From the NCBI GenBank assembly GCA_963707025.1, contig CAVPOM010000005.1, positions 32,001 to 96,000 of the forward strand: a stretch of DNA of 64,000 bases. Reading direction: 5' to 3'. This document shows, in pieces, positions 39,547-48,656 of the stretch. The stretch comes from an uncultured Verrucomicrobiae bacterium (GTDB lineage: Bacteria > Verrucomicrobiota > Verrucomicrobiia > Limisphaerales > Palsa-1400). The translations under genes and the position numbers were made by a program. Position 1 is the stretch's first letter. Each line of letters opens with the position of its first letter. Below the pieces are notes generated by a model, which was given only the letters and a program-made list of their open reading frames with translations, made no database searches and was not told the DNA's origin.

Positions 39547-40931
39547 ATGTTCCCGGCGCGGCTATTCACCTTCCTCTCGCTCCTGACGCTGTTCGCCGGC
39601 TGCCAGAACCGCGTCAATCCAACCCGCTCCGGCGCGGCAGCCGGTGATCGGGCAACCCAGCCCGGCACCATCTGCGGCACAGGCGTCAAACCAACCCGCT
39701 CCGGCGCGGCAGCCGGTGAAGCTGGGGGTGGAGGTGCTGTTTGCAGAGCATCTGGATTTGATTCGGGGCAAGCGCGTCGGCCTCATCACCAATCCGACCG
39801 GCCTGGACAGCAAGCTGGACAGTGTGATCGAACTTTTCCGGGCGCATCCCGAGGTGAGGCTGGTCGCGCTTTACGGCCCGGAGCATGGCGTGCGCGGCAA
39901 CGCGCAGGCTGGCGAATACGTGGCGTTTTACTTCGATGAGCAATTGAAATTGCCCGTGTTCAGCCTTTACGGGCAGTCGCAAAAGCCGCCGGCCGGCATG
40001 CTGACCAACATTGACGAATATATGCGCCGGTTCGACACCCAACATGCCGGCAAACAGGTCGAGGCCGGGATGATGCAATCGGTGGACGTGATGGTCTTTG
40101 ACCTGCAGAGACGTCGGCACGCGGGTCTATACCTACATCGCCACCATGGCCTACGCCATGCAGGCCTGCGCGGAGGCGGGCATTCCGTTCCTGGTTCTGG
40201 ACCGGCCAAATCCCGTCAACGGCGTCACGATGGAAGGGCCGGTTTTGGAATATCCGGCGCTCAGTTCGTTCATCGGCCTGTATCCCATTCCCTTGCGCCA
40301 CGGCATGACCGCCGGGGAACTGGCGCGGCTGTTCAACGGGAAGTTCCTCAAGAAAAAAGTGGATCTCACCGTCGTGCCCATGGAGAACTGGACGCGGGAG
40401 GAATGGTTTGATCAAACCTCCCTTCCGTGGGTCATCCCCTCCCCCAACCTGCCGACGCCCGACTCGGCCACGGTCTATCCCGGCCAGGTTTTGCTGGAGG
40501 GAACCGGCTTGTCCGAGGGACGCGGCACGACCAAGCCGTTTGAGTTGTTCGGCGCGCCCTGGATTGACGGCTACGTGCTGGCGCGCCAATTGAACCAATT
40601 GCATCTGCCCGGCGCCAAGTTTCGCGAGGCTTGGTTCACCCCCACGTTTTCCAAATTCTCCGGCCAGCTTTGCGGCGGCTGCCAGTTGCACGTCACCGAC
40701 CGAAGCGCCTACCGGCCCGTCGCCACGGTCCTGGCCGAACTGGCCGTGATCAAACAACTTTACGGGGACAAACTGGAACTGCACGCTTCCTATTTCGACA
40801 AGGTGATGGGCACCTCCAGCGTGCGCGAGGCGCTGCTGTGGGGCGAGCCGGCGGAAAAGATTGTGGCCGGATTCAAACCCGGCCTGGATGAATTTGCCCG
40901 ATTACGCGAACCATATTTGCTGTACCATTGA
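39547..40931 (+). CDS. namZ: Exo-beta-N-acetylmuramidase NamZ (DUF1343) lipoprotein, two +1 frameshifts (~39607 and ~40108)
   Basis: Lipobox FAGC; VKLGVEVL, RVGLITNPTG, YGPEHGVRG, SLYG, FDLQ/DVGTRVYTY, LDRPNP, RHGMTAGELA, PSPNLP, SEGRGTTKPFE, YLLY. Confidence 0.88.
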
Positions 40932-40942
40932 GGAACAATGCC

Positions 40943-42130
40943 ATGCGCTCAAAAATCCTGATCCTCCTCTGGCTGCTCTGGCCCGGCTTTGTGCGGGGAG
41001 TTTTGGGCGAAGCTTTCCATGCGGACAAGCTGGCGGCCATGGACGCGGCGATTGAATCGGCCATTGCGGACAAGAGGTGCCCGGGAGGCGTCCTCTGGCT
41101 GGAGCATGGCGGGACGGCGTATCACAAGGCCTTTGGCAGCCGGGCGCTGGTCCCGGAGCGGGAAGCGATGACCGAGGACACCATTTTCGACGCGGCGTCG
41201 CTGACGAAGGTGATCGCCACGACCCCCGCCGTGATGCTGCTGATCCAGCGCGGCCAGGTGAAGCTGGATGAGCCGGCGCATACTTACCTGCCGGAGTTCA
41301 CCGGCGGCGGCAAGGAACTGGTGACGGTGCGCGAATTGTTGACACATACCTCCGGCCTGCCTCCGGACATCGAAACAAAATCCGACTGGCACGGCCAGGC
41401 TGAGGCGGTCAGGAAGGCGTGCGCCGAAGCCTTGCAATCCAAGCCCGGCGCGGCCTTCCGCTACAGCGACATCAATTTCTTTCTGCTGGGCGAAATCGTC
41501 CAGCGTGTGGCCAAGACCCCGCTGGAGGTTTTTGTCCAGCGCGAAATATTCGGGCCTTTGCAGATGACCGACACGGGCTATTTGCCGGCGCCGGACAAAC
41601 GGCCGCGCATCGCGCCGACCGAAGTGGTGGACGGCCAGCTCTGGCGCGGCGTGGTGCATGATCCGACGGCGCGGAAGATGGGCGGCGTGGCGGGGCACGC
41701 CGGACTTTTCATCACCGCTTCCGACCTCGCCCGCTACGCCAGGATGCTCCTGCATCTGGGCGAACTGGACGGGGTGAGGATTTTTAAGCCCGAGACAGTC
41801 AAGCTGATGACGAGCGTGCAGTCCCCGCCGGATATTTCGGCCCGCCGCGGCCTGGGCTGGGACATTGATTCCCCATACGCCGGGCCGCGCGGGGCGGTTT
41901 TTCCGGTGGGTTCCTATGGCCACACCGGGTGGACGGGCGGGTCGTTGTGGATTGATCCATCTTCGAAAACATTCGTGATTTTTCTCTCCAACCGCAATCA
42001 CCCGACGGAATCGGGGAGCGTCGTGGCGTTGCGGCGTCAGCTCGGCACGCTCGCGGCGCAAGCCCTGGCCGATTACGACTTTGCCCCGGCGCGGGCGGGG
42101 GCGACAAATTCCGCGGCCCCATCGCGGTGA
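40943..42130 (+). CDS. Beta-lactamase-fold serine hydrolase (AmiE/NamA-like, probable muropeptide amidase/esterase)
   Basis: FDAASLTK (SxxK), LLTHTSG, YSD, GVVHDPTA, GHAGLF, GHTGWTG; directly after namZ. Confidence 0.82.
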   Translation: MRSKILILLWLLWPGFVRGVLGEAFHADKLAAMDAAIESAIADKRCPGGVLWLEHGGTAYHKAFGSRALVPEREAMTEDTIFDAASLTKVIATTPAVMLLIQRGQVKLDEPAHTYLPEFTGGGKELVTVRELLTHTSGLPPDIETKSDWHGQAEAVRKACAEALQSKPGAAFRYSDINFFLLGEIVQRVAKTPLEVFVQREIFGPLQMTDTGYLPAPDKRPRIAPTEVVDGQLWRGVVHDPTARKMGGVAGHAGLFITASDLARYARMLLHLGELDGVRIFKPETVKLMTSVQSPPDISARRGLGWDIDSPYAGPRGAVFPVGSYGHTGWTGGSLWIDPSSKTFVIFLSNRNHPTESGSVVALRRQLGTLAAQALADYDFAPARAGATNSAAPSR

Positions 42131-42145
42131 TGTCGCGACCATCCT

Positions 42146-43252
42146 TCAATGGCCGGCCCAGTGGCCGAACCGGTTTTTGGGGATGGGCGCGTTTTCCGGA
42201 TAGACCAGGTAAACGGCGTTGGCCGATTTTGTCCAGGCGTGGAGGACGTCTGCCCGCTTGTAAATCTGGCGCACGGAGTCGCCGCGCTCCAGACGGGCGG
42301 CCGGGTCGTTGATCACCACGTCGCCATTTTCGGTGAAGCCGATGCAGACAATCAAGTGCCCGGCGGCATCATTGGGGCGGCCCGGCCGCAGCCAGTCCCA
42401 GCGGGCGGAGAGAATTACCGGAATACCGGCGGAGATCCAATCCTCCGCCTCCGAAAGATCGTCAAAGCGTGTCACGCAGCTTCTCATGCCGCTGAAACTG
42501 CCGGCGAAGGCGGTGTTGAACGGCCAGTTGCCGGTGCCGGAAAGGCCGGTGTCATAAACCGCCGCCGCGACCGCTGGCACGTTCAGGTCCATTTCCGGAC
42601 GATGCAAGACCTCCGCCCAGCGTGACAGAGCCATGGAGAGAGAGGCCGGGCTGCACCAGCCTCTTTCGTTGGGATAGCCATGCTGCGAATGTTCCGGCGT
42701 GGCGATGATTTTGCCCCAGGCCGCCCGGTTGGGAGGACGGGTGAGACGCGGAACTCGTGTGTTGGCAAAGGAAACGCCCAGGAATTTGAGCGCAGGCCGG
42801 ACGCCCGTCGCGCCGGCGAGCGTCACCCGAATTTGCGCCGCGTCGGCCGGCTCAGTCAAAACCAGCGTGTCCGTGTCCACCGTTCCTTCAGCGTCCCTTT
42901 GTCCGCGGACGCTGGCCCGGGGATGGGATGGGTTGTCCAACGACCATAAGGCCATGGTGTAAAACTTGGTTTGGTGTCCGCCGGAAATGCCGGACGCCTC
43001 CATCTTCAGATACGTTCCCGCGGGCGCGCTGGCATTCCAGGAAACGATGAGTTGATTCCAAGCAATGTGTGATTTGACGGGCGGGGAGAGGAGAACCAGG
43101 CCGCCATCTCGGGAAGGAACGCGCGTGAATTTTGAAAAATCCGTGAACGCCACAAAGCGGCTGAAATTACTGGCGGGTTGAACCGGCGCGGTTTGGCAGC
43201 CGGAAAAAATCACGGCGGCGAGCGCGGCCAAAAGTCTGGCTGGGCGATTCAT
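42146..43252 (-). CDS. Peptidase C39-like lipoprotein
   Basis: Lipobox FSGC; SQ....GWCSPASLSM (Cys), GNWPFNTAFAG, GHLIV (His), INDP (Asp). Confidence 0.8.
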   Translation of the reverse strand: MNRPARLLAALAAVIFSGCQTAPVQPASNFSRFVAFTDFSKFTRVPSRDGGLVLLSPPVKSHIAWNQLIVSWNASAPAGTYLKMEASGISGGHQTKFYTMALWSLDNPSHPRASVRGQRDAEGTVDTDTLVLTEPADAAQIRVTLAGATGVRPALKFLGVSFANTRVPRLTRPPNRAAWGKIIATPEHSQHGYPNERGWCSPASLSMALSRWAEVLHRPEMDLNVPAVAAAVYDTGLSGTGNWPFNTAFAGSFSGMRSCVTRFDDLSEAEDWISAGIPVILSARWDWLRPGRPNDAAGHLIVCIGFTENGDVVINDPAARLERGDSVRQIYKRADVLHAWTKSANAVYLVYPENAPIPKNRFGHWAGH

Positions 43253-43265
43253 AAAAGCGGCTCGG

Positions 43266-44378
43266 TCACCAATGGCCAAATCGGTCGGCGGGCAGCGGCC
43301 AGTTTTCCGGATAGACCAGATAGACGGTGTTGCGGGAGGTCGCCCAGGCGCGAAGGACATTGGCCCGCCGGTAAATGTGCCGCACACTTTCCACTTTCAC
43401 GTCCGTCCACGGATCGTTGATGACCAGGTCGCCGCTTTCTGTGAAACCACGGCAGACGGTCAGGTGGCCGCTGAGATCCTCGGCCCGGCCATCCTGCAAC
43501 AAATCATACCGCGCGGAAATGATCACCGGGATGCCCGCGGCAATCCAATCTTCCAGTTCGGAAATATCGCTCAAGCGGGTCACGCAGGCGCGGAGGCCCG
43601 GGAGGCTCCCGGCGAAGGCGGTGTTGAACGGCCAATTGCCGGTGGCCCTGGAAAAATTGTGATCGAAAACGGCGGCGGCGGTTTCCGGCGCGTCAAAATC
43701 CCAATCCGGGCGATGAGCCACGGCCGCCCATCGCGCCAGGACCATGGAGAGGGATGTCGGACTGCACCAACCGCCGCCACCCTCGTAAGATTGCTGCGAG
43801 CGCTCCGGCGTGGGAATGATTTTACCCCAGGCGGCGCGGTTCGGCGGCGACGGAGCGGGCGTCACGTTCGTGGCGCAAAAGCAAAGGCCGAGATATTTCA
43901 AAGCGGGCCGTCCGCCATTGGCGCCGCCGCAGGTGAGGCGGACCTGGGCGGCCCTGGCAGCCCGGTTCAAAACAAGCGTGTCCACCTCGACATCGCCGTC
44001 GCCATCCTTCTGGCCGGTGACGCTGGCGCGAGGGAAGGCCTTGTTGTCCGGGGACCACCATCCCATCGAGTAGAATTTGGTGGTGTGATCAGGCTCAATG
44101 GCCCTGGCTTCGATCTTCAAATACGTTCCCGCCGGCGCGCTGGCATTCCAGGAAACGATGAGTTGATTCCAGCGAAGGCGTGATTCAATTTGCGGCGAGA
44201 GCAGGACGGTCGCGCCGTCGCCGGGTTCGGTGCGCGTGAATTTTGAAAAATCCGCAAGCCCGACAAATTGGCTGAAATCGCGGCCGGTTGGCACCGGAGC
44301 GCTGTGGCAGCCGCCCACCATCACCGCGGCAAGAGGGATGGAAAGGCGCCTCCCGAGGTTGGGAATGAAAAGGCTCAT
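43266..44378 (-). CDS. Peptidase C39-like lipoprotein (tandem paralog)
   Basis: Lipobox VGGC; SQQ...GWCSPTSLSM, GNWPFNTAFAG, GHLTV, INDP; colinear with the neighbouring gene. Confidence 0.8.
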   Translation of the reverse strand: MSLFIPNLGRRLSIPLAAVMVGGCHSAPVPTGRDFSQFVGLADFSKFTRTEPGDGATVLLSPQIESRLRWNQLIVSWNASAPAGTYLKIEARAIEPDHTTKFYSMGWWSPDNKAFPRASVTGQKDGDGDVEVDTLVLNRAARAAQVRLTCGGANGGRPALKYLGLCFCATNVTPAPSPPNRAAWGKIIPTPERSQQSYEGGGGWCSPTSLSMVLARWAAVAHRPDWDFDAPETAAAVFDHNFSRATGNWPFNTAFAGSLPGLRACVTRLSDISELEDWIAAGIPVIISARYDLLQDGRAEDLSGHLTVCRGFTESGDLVINDPWTDVKVESVRHIYRRANVLRAWATSRNTVYLVYPENWPLPADRFGHW

Positions 44379-44434
44379 TTCGGCGGGGCGGACAGTTCTT
44401 TGAGTAATGCGTCCGTCATGGATGGGGCGGGAAA

Positions 44435-44540
44435 GGCAGCGGGGGCACTCCGCTGCCCGCCGCCGGGCCGCGGCCGAGGAAGCAACCACGCACCGCCGTC
44501 GTGCGGCCGGTCCCGATAATTCGGGACCCGCCCTGCCACC
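44435..44540. repeat. REP-like element; related copies at ~57258-57297 and ~58309-58396
   Basis: Reverse complement GTGGCAGGGCGGGTCCCGAATTATCGGGACCGGCC matches 57258 GTGGCAGGGGCGGGTCCCGAGTTTATCGAGACCCGCC; GCCGCACGACG..GGTGCG and GGCGG.CAGCGGAGTGCC recur at 58332-58396. Confidence 0.6.
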
Positions 44541-44692
44541 CATGAGTGAGGTTTGCTTTTCACGGCAAGCAGACAACGGCTCCTCATACCGAATTGCCGG
44601 CGCCTCCGCAAGTTTTTCTTTATGGCCCGTTTAATCTGGATAATACTGCCGAAGTCAGCGGCGCGTTATCCGCGATCGCCGCCAGAAAAAAC

Positions 44693-45928
44693 ATGGCCGA
44701 AGCCGTCAACGCCAGTTCCGCCGCGCCTGAATCCCAGCGCCTGATGTCGCTGGACGCGCTGCGCGGCTTCGACATGTTTTGGATTCTCGGCGCCGACTCG
44801 TTCGTTTATGCGCTGCACCAAGCCACCCCGGGGGCGGCGACGAAATTTCTGGCGGAGCAACTCGACCACGCCGAGTGGGAGGGTTTTCATTTCTACGACC
44901 TGATTTTCCCGCTCTTCGTTTACATGATGGGCGTCTCCACGGTGTTTTCGCTCACGAAAATCATCGCGCGCGAGGGCCGCGCCGCCGCGGTGAAACGGGT
45001 TCTGCGCCGCGGCCTTCTGCTCTTCATCATTGGCCTGATTTATTCCGGGGGCTTCAGCAATCCCTGGCCGGACATGCGGTTGATGGGGGTGCTCAACCGC
45101 ATCGCGCTCTGTTACCTGTTCGGCGGGTTGGTTTTTTGTTTCTGCCAACCGCGGGTGATGGCGGCCCTGGCGGCCAGCCTGCTGCTCGGTTACTGGGCGG
45201 CGCTGGCGCTGACGCCCTTTCCCGATGTCCGCCCGACTCCCGGAGGGACGGCGGTGATTACCAAGGAGGCCGGTTTCAGGGACATTTCGCAGTTGAACAT
45301 GGCCAGCACCAACCGCCTGCGCGGTTCCTACATCCAGGGTGTGAATTTGACGGACTATATAGACCAGAAATATTTGCCCGGACGAAAATACGACGGCACC
45401 TACGACCCCGAAGGTATTCTCAGCACGCTGCCGGCGCTGGCCAGCGGTTTGCTGGGAATATTCACCGGCCTGTTCCTCCAGAACAAATCGGTGGAGGACA
45501 AGCGAAAGGCGGCCTGGCTTCTGGGAGCGGGGGCGGCTGCGGTGGCGCTGGGGTTTTTGTGGGGCGTCGAATTTCCAGTCATCAAGAAGATTTGGACTTC
45601 GTCGTACGTCCTGGTGGCCGGCGGTTACAGTGCGATGTTGCTGGGGGCATTCTATTGGATTATTGACGTGAAAGGATGGCGGAGGTGGTGCCAGCCCTTC
45701 GTGTGGATTGGCATGAATCCCATCACGTTATATCTGACGAGTAATTTTCTTGGCGGCCTGGGCTTTCACAAGCTCGCGGTGCGTCTGGCCGGAGGCCCGG
45801 TCAAACAGTTTTTCGACACGCACCTTGGCGCCGGTTGCGGCGAACTGGTGATTTCGCTGGCCGGTGTGGCGCTCTTCCTGTGGATGGCGTGGTTTCTCCA
45901 TCGCCGGAAGATTTTCCTGCGGCTTTAA
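44693..45928 (+). CDS. NagX / heparan-alpha-glucosaminide N-acetyltransferase-like membrane protein (DUF5009)
   Basis: RLMSLDALRGFDMFWI, HAEWEG, DLIFPLF, GVLNRIA, DPEGILST, PVIKKIWTSSYVL, IGMNPI. Confidence 0.88.
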   Translation: MAEAVNASSAAPESQRLMSLDALRGFDMFWILGADSFVYALHQATPGAATKFLAEQLDHAEWEGFHFYDLIFPLFVYMMGVSTVFSLTKIIAREGRAAAVKRVLRRGLLLFIIGLIYSGGFSNPWPDMRLMGVLNRIALCYLFGGLVFCFCQPRVMAALAASLLLGYWAALALTPFPDVRPTPGGTAVITKEAGFRDISQLNMASTNRLRGSYIQGVNLTDYIDQKYLPGRKYDGTYDPEGILSTLPALASGLLGIFTGLFLQNKSVEDKRKAAWLLGAGAAAVALGFLWGVEFPVIKKIWTSSYVLVAGGYSAMLLGAFYWIIDVKGWRRWCQPFVWIGMNPITLYLTSNFLGGLGFHKLAVRLAGGPVKQFFDTHLGAGCGELVISLAGVALFLWMAWFLHRRKIFLRL

Positions 45929-45932
45929 AGCT

Positions 45933-45962
45933 TCCCCCTTCGCTAAAACTACGGCGGACAAG
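45933..45962 (-). repeat. CTGTCCGCCGTAG..GCGAAGGNGGA dispersed repeat; further copies at 46809-46837, 46856-46885, 46923-46963, 49919-49947
   Basis: Five recognisable copies of the same ~29-bp imperfect palindrome. Confidence 0.75.
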
Positions 45963-46047
45963 ACTCAAAATTGCACCTTTCAGAATTTCTCCCCCTCACT
46001 TTTCCTCGCTTGGGCGAATCTTGACACCACCACCGCGCGCTTCTTCT

Positions 46048-46093
46048 CCCTCTCCTCCACACACTTGTGGAGGAGAGGGTCGGGGTGAGGAGG
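46048..46093. repeat. REP-like hairpin
   Basis: CCCTCTCCTCCACA-CACT-TGTGGAGGAGAGGG perfect 14-bp stem followed by GGGGTGAGG. Confidence 0.7.
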
Positions 46094-46373
46094 TTTCCAT
46101 CTGTTCCATGGGCCGGCGTTCATGCCATGCATGGTGGTAGTATCAAGATGCGCCCTCCTTGCTTAACACACGCACAAAATCCTTGATTTCATTGGCAAAA
46201 ATACGTTTTTTGGACTTTTCAAGCGATTTGCCAATGATCGCCAACGGCCTCCAAAAAGGAGGCGGCTCTAGCACAAAAAGTAGCACAGACAAAAATCGCT
46301 TGGACCGCCGGGACTCGATTTGCGGCAAAAAAACTGTTGTTTCAGGCTGTCTCGTGTGGCACCATAACTTTGC

Positions 46374-46547
46374 ATGAAAAACGTGTTCGTCAGCCACCAC
46401 ACCAACGGGATAGACTGGAAAGCGGAAGCGCGGGACCTGCGGCGGACCGGAAAGCGCATTGCCGCTTCGCCATCAGCGTCACGGCGATTTTTAGTGTCCA
46501 TCGGCATGTACACCACCAAGGGCAAGTTGAAGCCCCAATTCCGCTGA
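46374..46547 (+). CDS. Small basic hypothetical protein (57 aa), possible antitoxin-like partner
   Basis: Read manually: MKNVFVSHH...SRRFLVSIGMYTTKGKLKPQFR; TGATG overlap with the next ORF. Confidence 0.5.
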   Translation: MKNVFVSHHTNGIDWKAEARDLRRTGKRIAASPSASRRFLVSIGMYTTKGKLKPQFR

Positions 46548-46702
46548 TGCTCTCTCATTCGCTTGCCATCGCCTATCACGGTTGCGACCGAAATTTGGCC
46601 GGACGGATCGTCGCATGGGAAACCGAGTTGAAACCAAGTGAAAATGCCTGGGACTGGCTTGGCCACGGCATTTACCTGTGGGAAGACTGGATCACGTTCT
46701 AA
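46547..46702 (+). pseudogene. Truncated ADP-ribosyltransferase-fold-like protein
   Basis: AYHGCD...LKPSENAWDWLGHGIYLWE resembles the YHG...G.GxY pattern of ART-fold proteins; stops after about 50 codons. Confidence 0.55.
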
Positions 46703-47229
46703 TCTGCGTTCGTTCGTCCAAACAGATCATCGGCTATTTCCTGCCGCGCCGAAATGTTTGACGGTTCGACAGCCGCTGGTGTGCGTCGGAAAAGGCATTT
46801 CCCCCGCCCTGTCCGCCGTAGCTTTAGCGGAGGAGGAGGCTCGTTCCCGCGTCGCCTGTCCCGTCGTAGGCCAGGCGAAGGCGGATCATCCGGCTTGCTC
46901 AAGCCGGGAAGGCCAAGCCGACCTGTCCGCCGTCTTGTCCGCCGTAGGCCGGGCGAAGGAGGACGCCCCGTTTGCCCTTCGCAACATGGAATCCACAGAC
47001 ATCACCACCAGGGAGTTAAAGGCAGGGAAGGAAGGCCGCTTTTGGGGCGTCAATGTTGTTTTCCGCTGTCGCGGCGGCGGAACGATCAAGATTGTGCCAT
47101 CACTCGCTCCCTGCCGCCGCGAGGGGCGGCCATCGTGCCCAACGGCCCGTCGGCTGGCATGGCCCGATCCTCAAACGCGCCACGTTTCGGGCTTGAGTTC
47201 GCGGAGGCAGGTGCCATTCTCGCCCTCGG

Positions 47230-47475
47230 ATGAGAGAAACCAGGTGCGACATAAAGCGCGGCGACTGTCTGGAAGTGTTGAGGGATTACCCCGACAATTC
47301 CTTTGACCTCATTTTCACGTCGCCGCCCTACGCCGACAGCCGGGCCAAGACATACGGTGGCACCAGGCACGATCTTTACGTGGACTGGTTTTTGCCGCGA
47401 AGCGACCAGTTCCTGCGCGTTTTGAAGCGGGCCGGTACCATTGTTCTGAACACCAGCGAGACGGTGGTCAACTGA
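47230..47475 (+). pseudogene. Truncated N4/N6 DNA methyltransferase
   Basis: GDCLEVL, DLIFTSPPY (motif IV), RVLK..G.IVLN; stops at 81 aa with no SAM-binding DPFxGSGT motif. Confidence 0.8.
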
Positions 47476-47494
47476 AGCCCGAAGAAGCAAATCA

Positions 47495-48454
47495 ATGAGT
47501 TACGAAGCCAAAATGCTCCAAAGGTTGGCAATGCCGACGAAGGAGCAAGTTGAGCAGGTGCTGCTCCGCACGCTACTCAAACACGGCGGCGTCATTAGAG
47601 AGTTCGGCGGTGGCGAGGACATCGTAAGTGAAATGGCTGATGAATTTGAGTTGAGTGAAGCCCAGCGCTCTGCTTTCTTGGAAACCGTATATCGTAAAGA
47701 GAACCGCGTAAAAAAGGCGCTTCTCTGGCACCGGTTGCTATTTCGAGCTGCTGATGCCCTGACGCAGGACAAATTAGCTTCCCGGCCAACACAAACATTT
47801 CAACTAACCGGACGAAGAGAATGGATGCTCACGGAGAAGGGCTTTGATGACGCACTCAGGATTTGCAATATTCCAGCCTCAACAAAAGATTCATTGTCAA
47901 TCAAATCTTACGAAGTTCAGAAGGTCGTGAAAAAGCTTGTAGAATCTCAACAGCCTCAAGAATACGATCCAATTGACCATGGCAAGAGAATCACCAAGAC
48001 AACGACAGAGTCTGCTTTGCGCGCCCGGGGGTTTCGTGCTGCCGTTATCGAGGCGTACGATTGCCGATGCGCTGTCTGCGGGCTAAAGATCAAATCGCCC
48101 GACTCTTTGGCGTGGGAGGTAGAAGCAGCCCATATTGTCCCTAATCGTGCCCTGGGCCGGGACGATGTATGGAACGGCATAGCTTTGTGCCGTCTTCACC
48201 ATTGGGCGTTCGATGTCGGTTGGTTCGGCTTGTTGGATGATTACCGGATCCAAGTTTCATCGCAGATTCTGCGTTTGCCAGCAGATTTTGGGAAAATGGG
48301 CAGCTATGAATTTATTCGCTCTCTTGAGGATAAGGCTGCGGCGATATTCTTACCGAAACGGAACGAGATCCGCCCTCACCATACGGCAATCCGCTGGCAC
48401 CGTGAAAATATCCTCGGCCGAAAACCCGTTGTATGTGAAGGAGCATCCTTATGA
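47495..48454 (+). CDS. HNH endonuclease with Mrr-N-like winged-helix N-terminus (putative modification-dependent restriction enzyme)
   Basis: FRAAVIEAYDCRCAVCG, EAAHIVP, NGIALCRLHHWAFD, IRWHRE; N-terminal ADEFELSEAQR...EWMLTEKG; lower GC. Confidence 0.82.
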   Translation: MSYEAKMLQRLAMPTKEQVEQVLLRTLLKHGGVIREFGGGEDIVSEMADEFELSEAQRSAFLETVYRKENRVKKALLWHRLLFRAADALTQDKLASRPTQTFQLTGRREWMLTEKGFDDALRICNIPASTKDSLSIKSYEVQKVVKKLVESQQPQEYDPIDHGKRITKTTTESALRARGFRAAVIEAYDCRCAVCGLKIKSPDSLAWEVEAAHIVPNRALGRDDVWNGIALCRLHHWAFDVGWFGLLDDYRIQVSSQILRLPADFGKMGSYEFIRSLEDKAAAIFLPKRNEIRPHHTAIRWHRENILGRKPVVCEGASL

Positions 48455-48639
48455 AAAACCGGAAAACTGAAAAAATTATTTATTCGATATGTGTCGGCGA
48501 CCTGCAAGAAGTTTCGCAAGAAGTCCTGGAGCGCCGCCTGACCAAGAAAGAAATCGATAAGGTTCAAGGGTCAGTGGGCGATTATATTGATTGGTTCCAA
48601 GCAATAGAGCACGCAATTCGAGAGCGTGTCCTGGAATGA
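48451..48639 (+). CDS. Small hypothetical protein
   Basis: ATGA overlap with the HNH gene, GGAG RBS, 62 aa ending GDYIDWFQAIEHAI. Confidence 0.55.
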   Translation: MKNRKTEKIIYSICVGDLQEVSQEVLERRLTKKEIDKVQGSVGDYIDWFQAIEHAIRERVLE

Positions 48640-48656
48640 TGTGAGGAGAGCAGACT

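Noticed and set aside
40943..42130. Beta-lactamase resistance gene (likewise the APH-fold kinase at 24819-25898 as aminoglycoside resistance)
   Set aside because: Motifs and context fit an AmiE-like hydrolase and a sugar 1-kinase.
46809..46963. Three ~29-bp repeats separated by short unique sequence, superficially CRISPR-like
   Set aside because: Degenerate copies, irregular spacing, and dispersed copies in both orientations elsewhere; a REP-type family.
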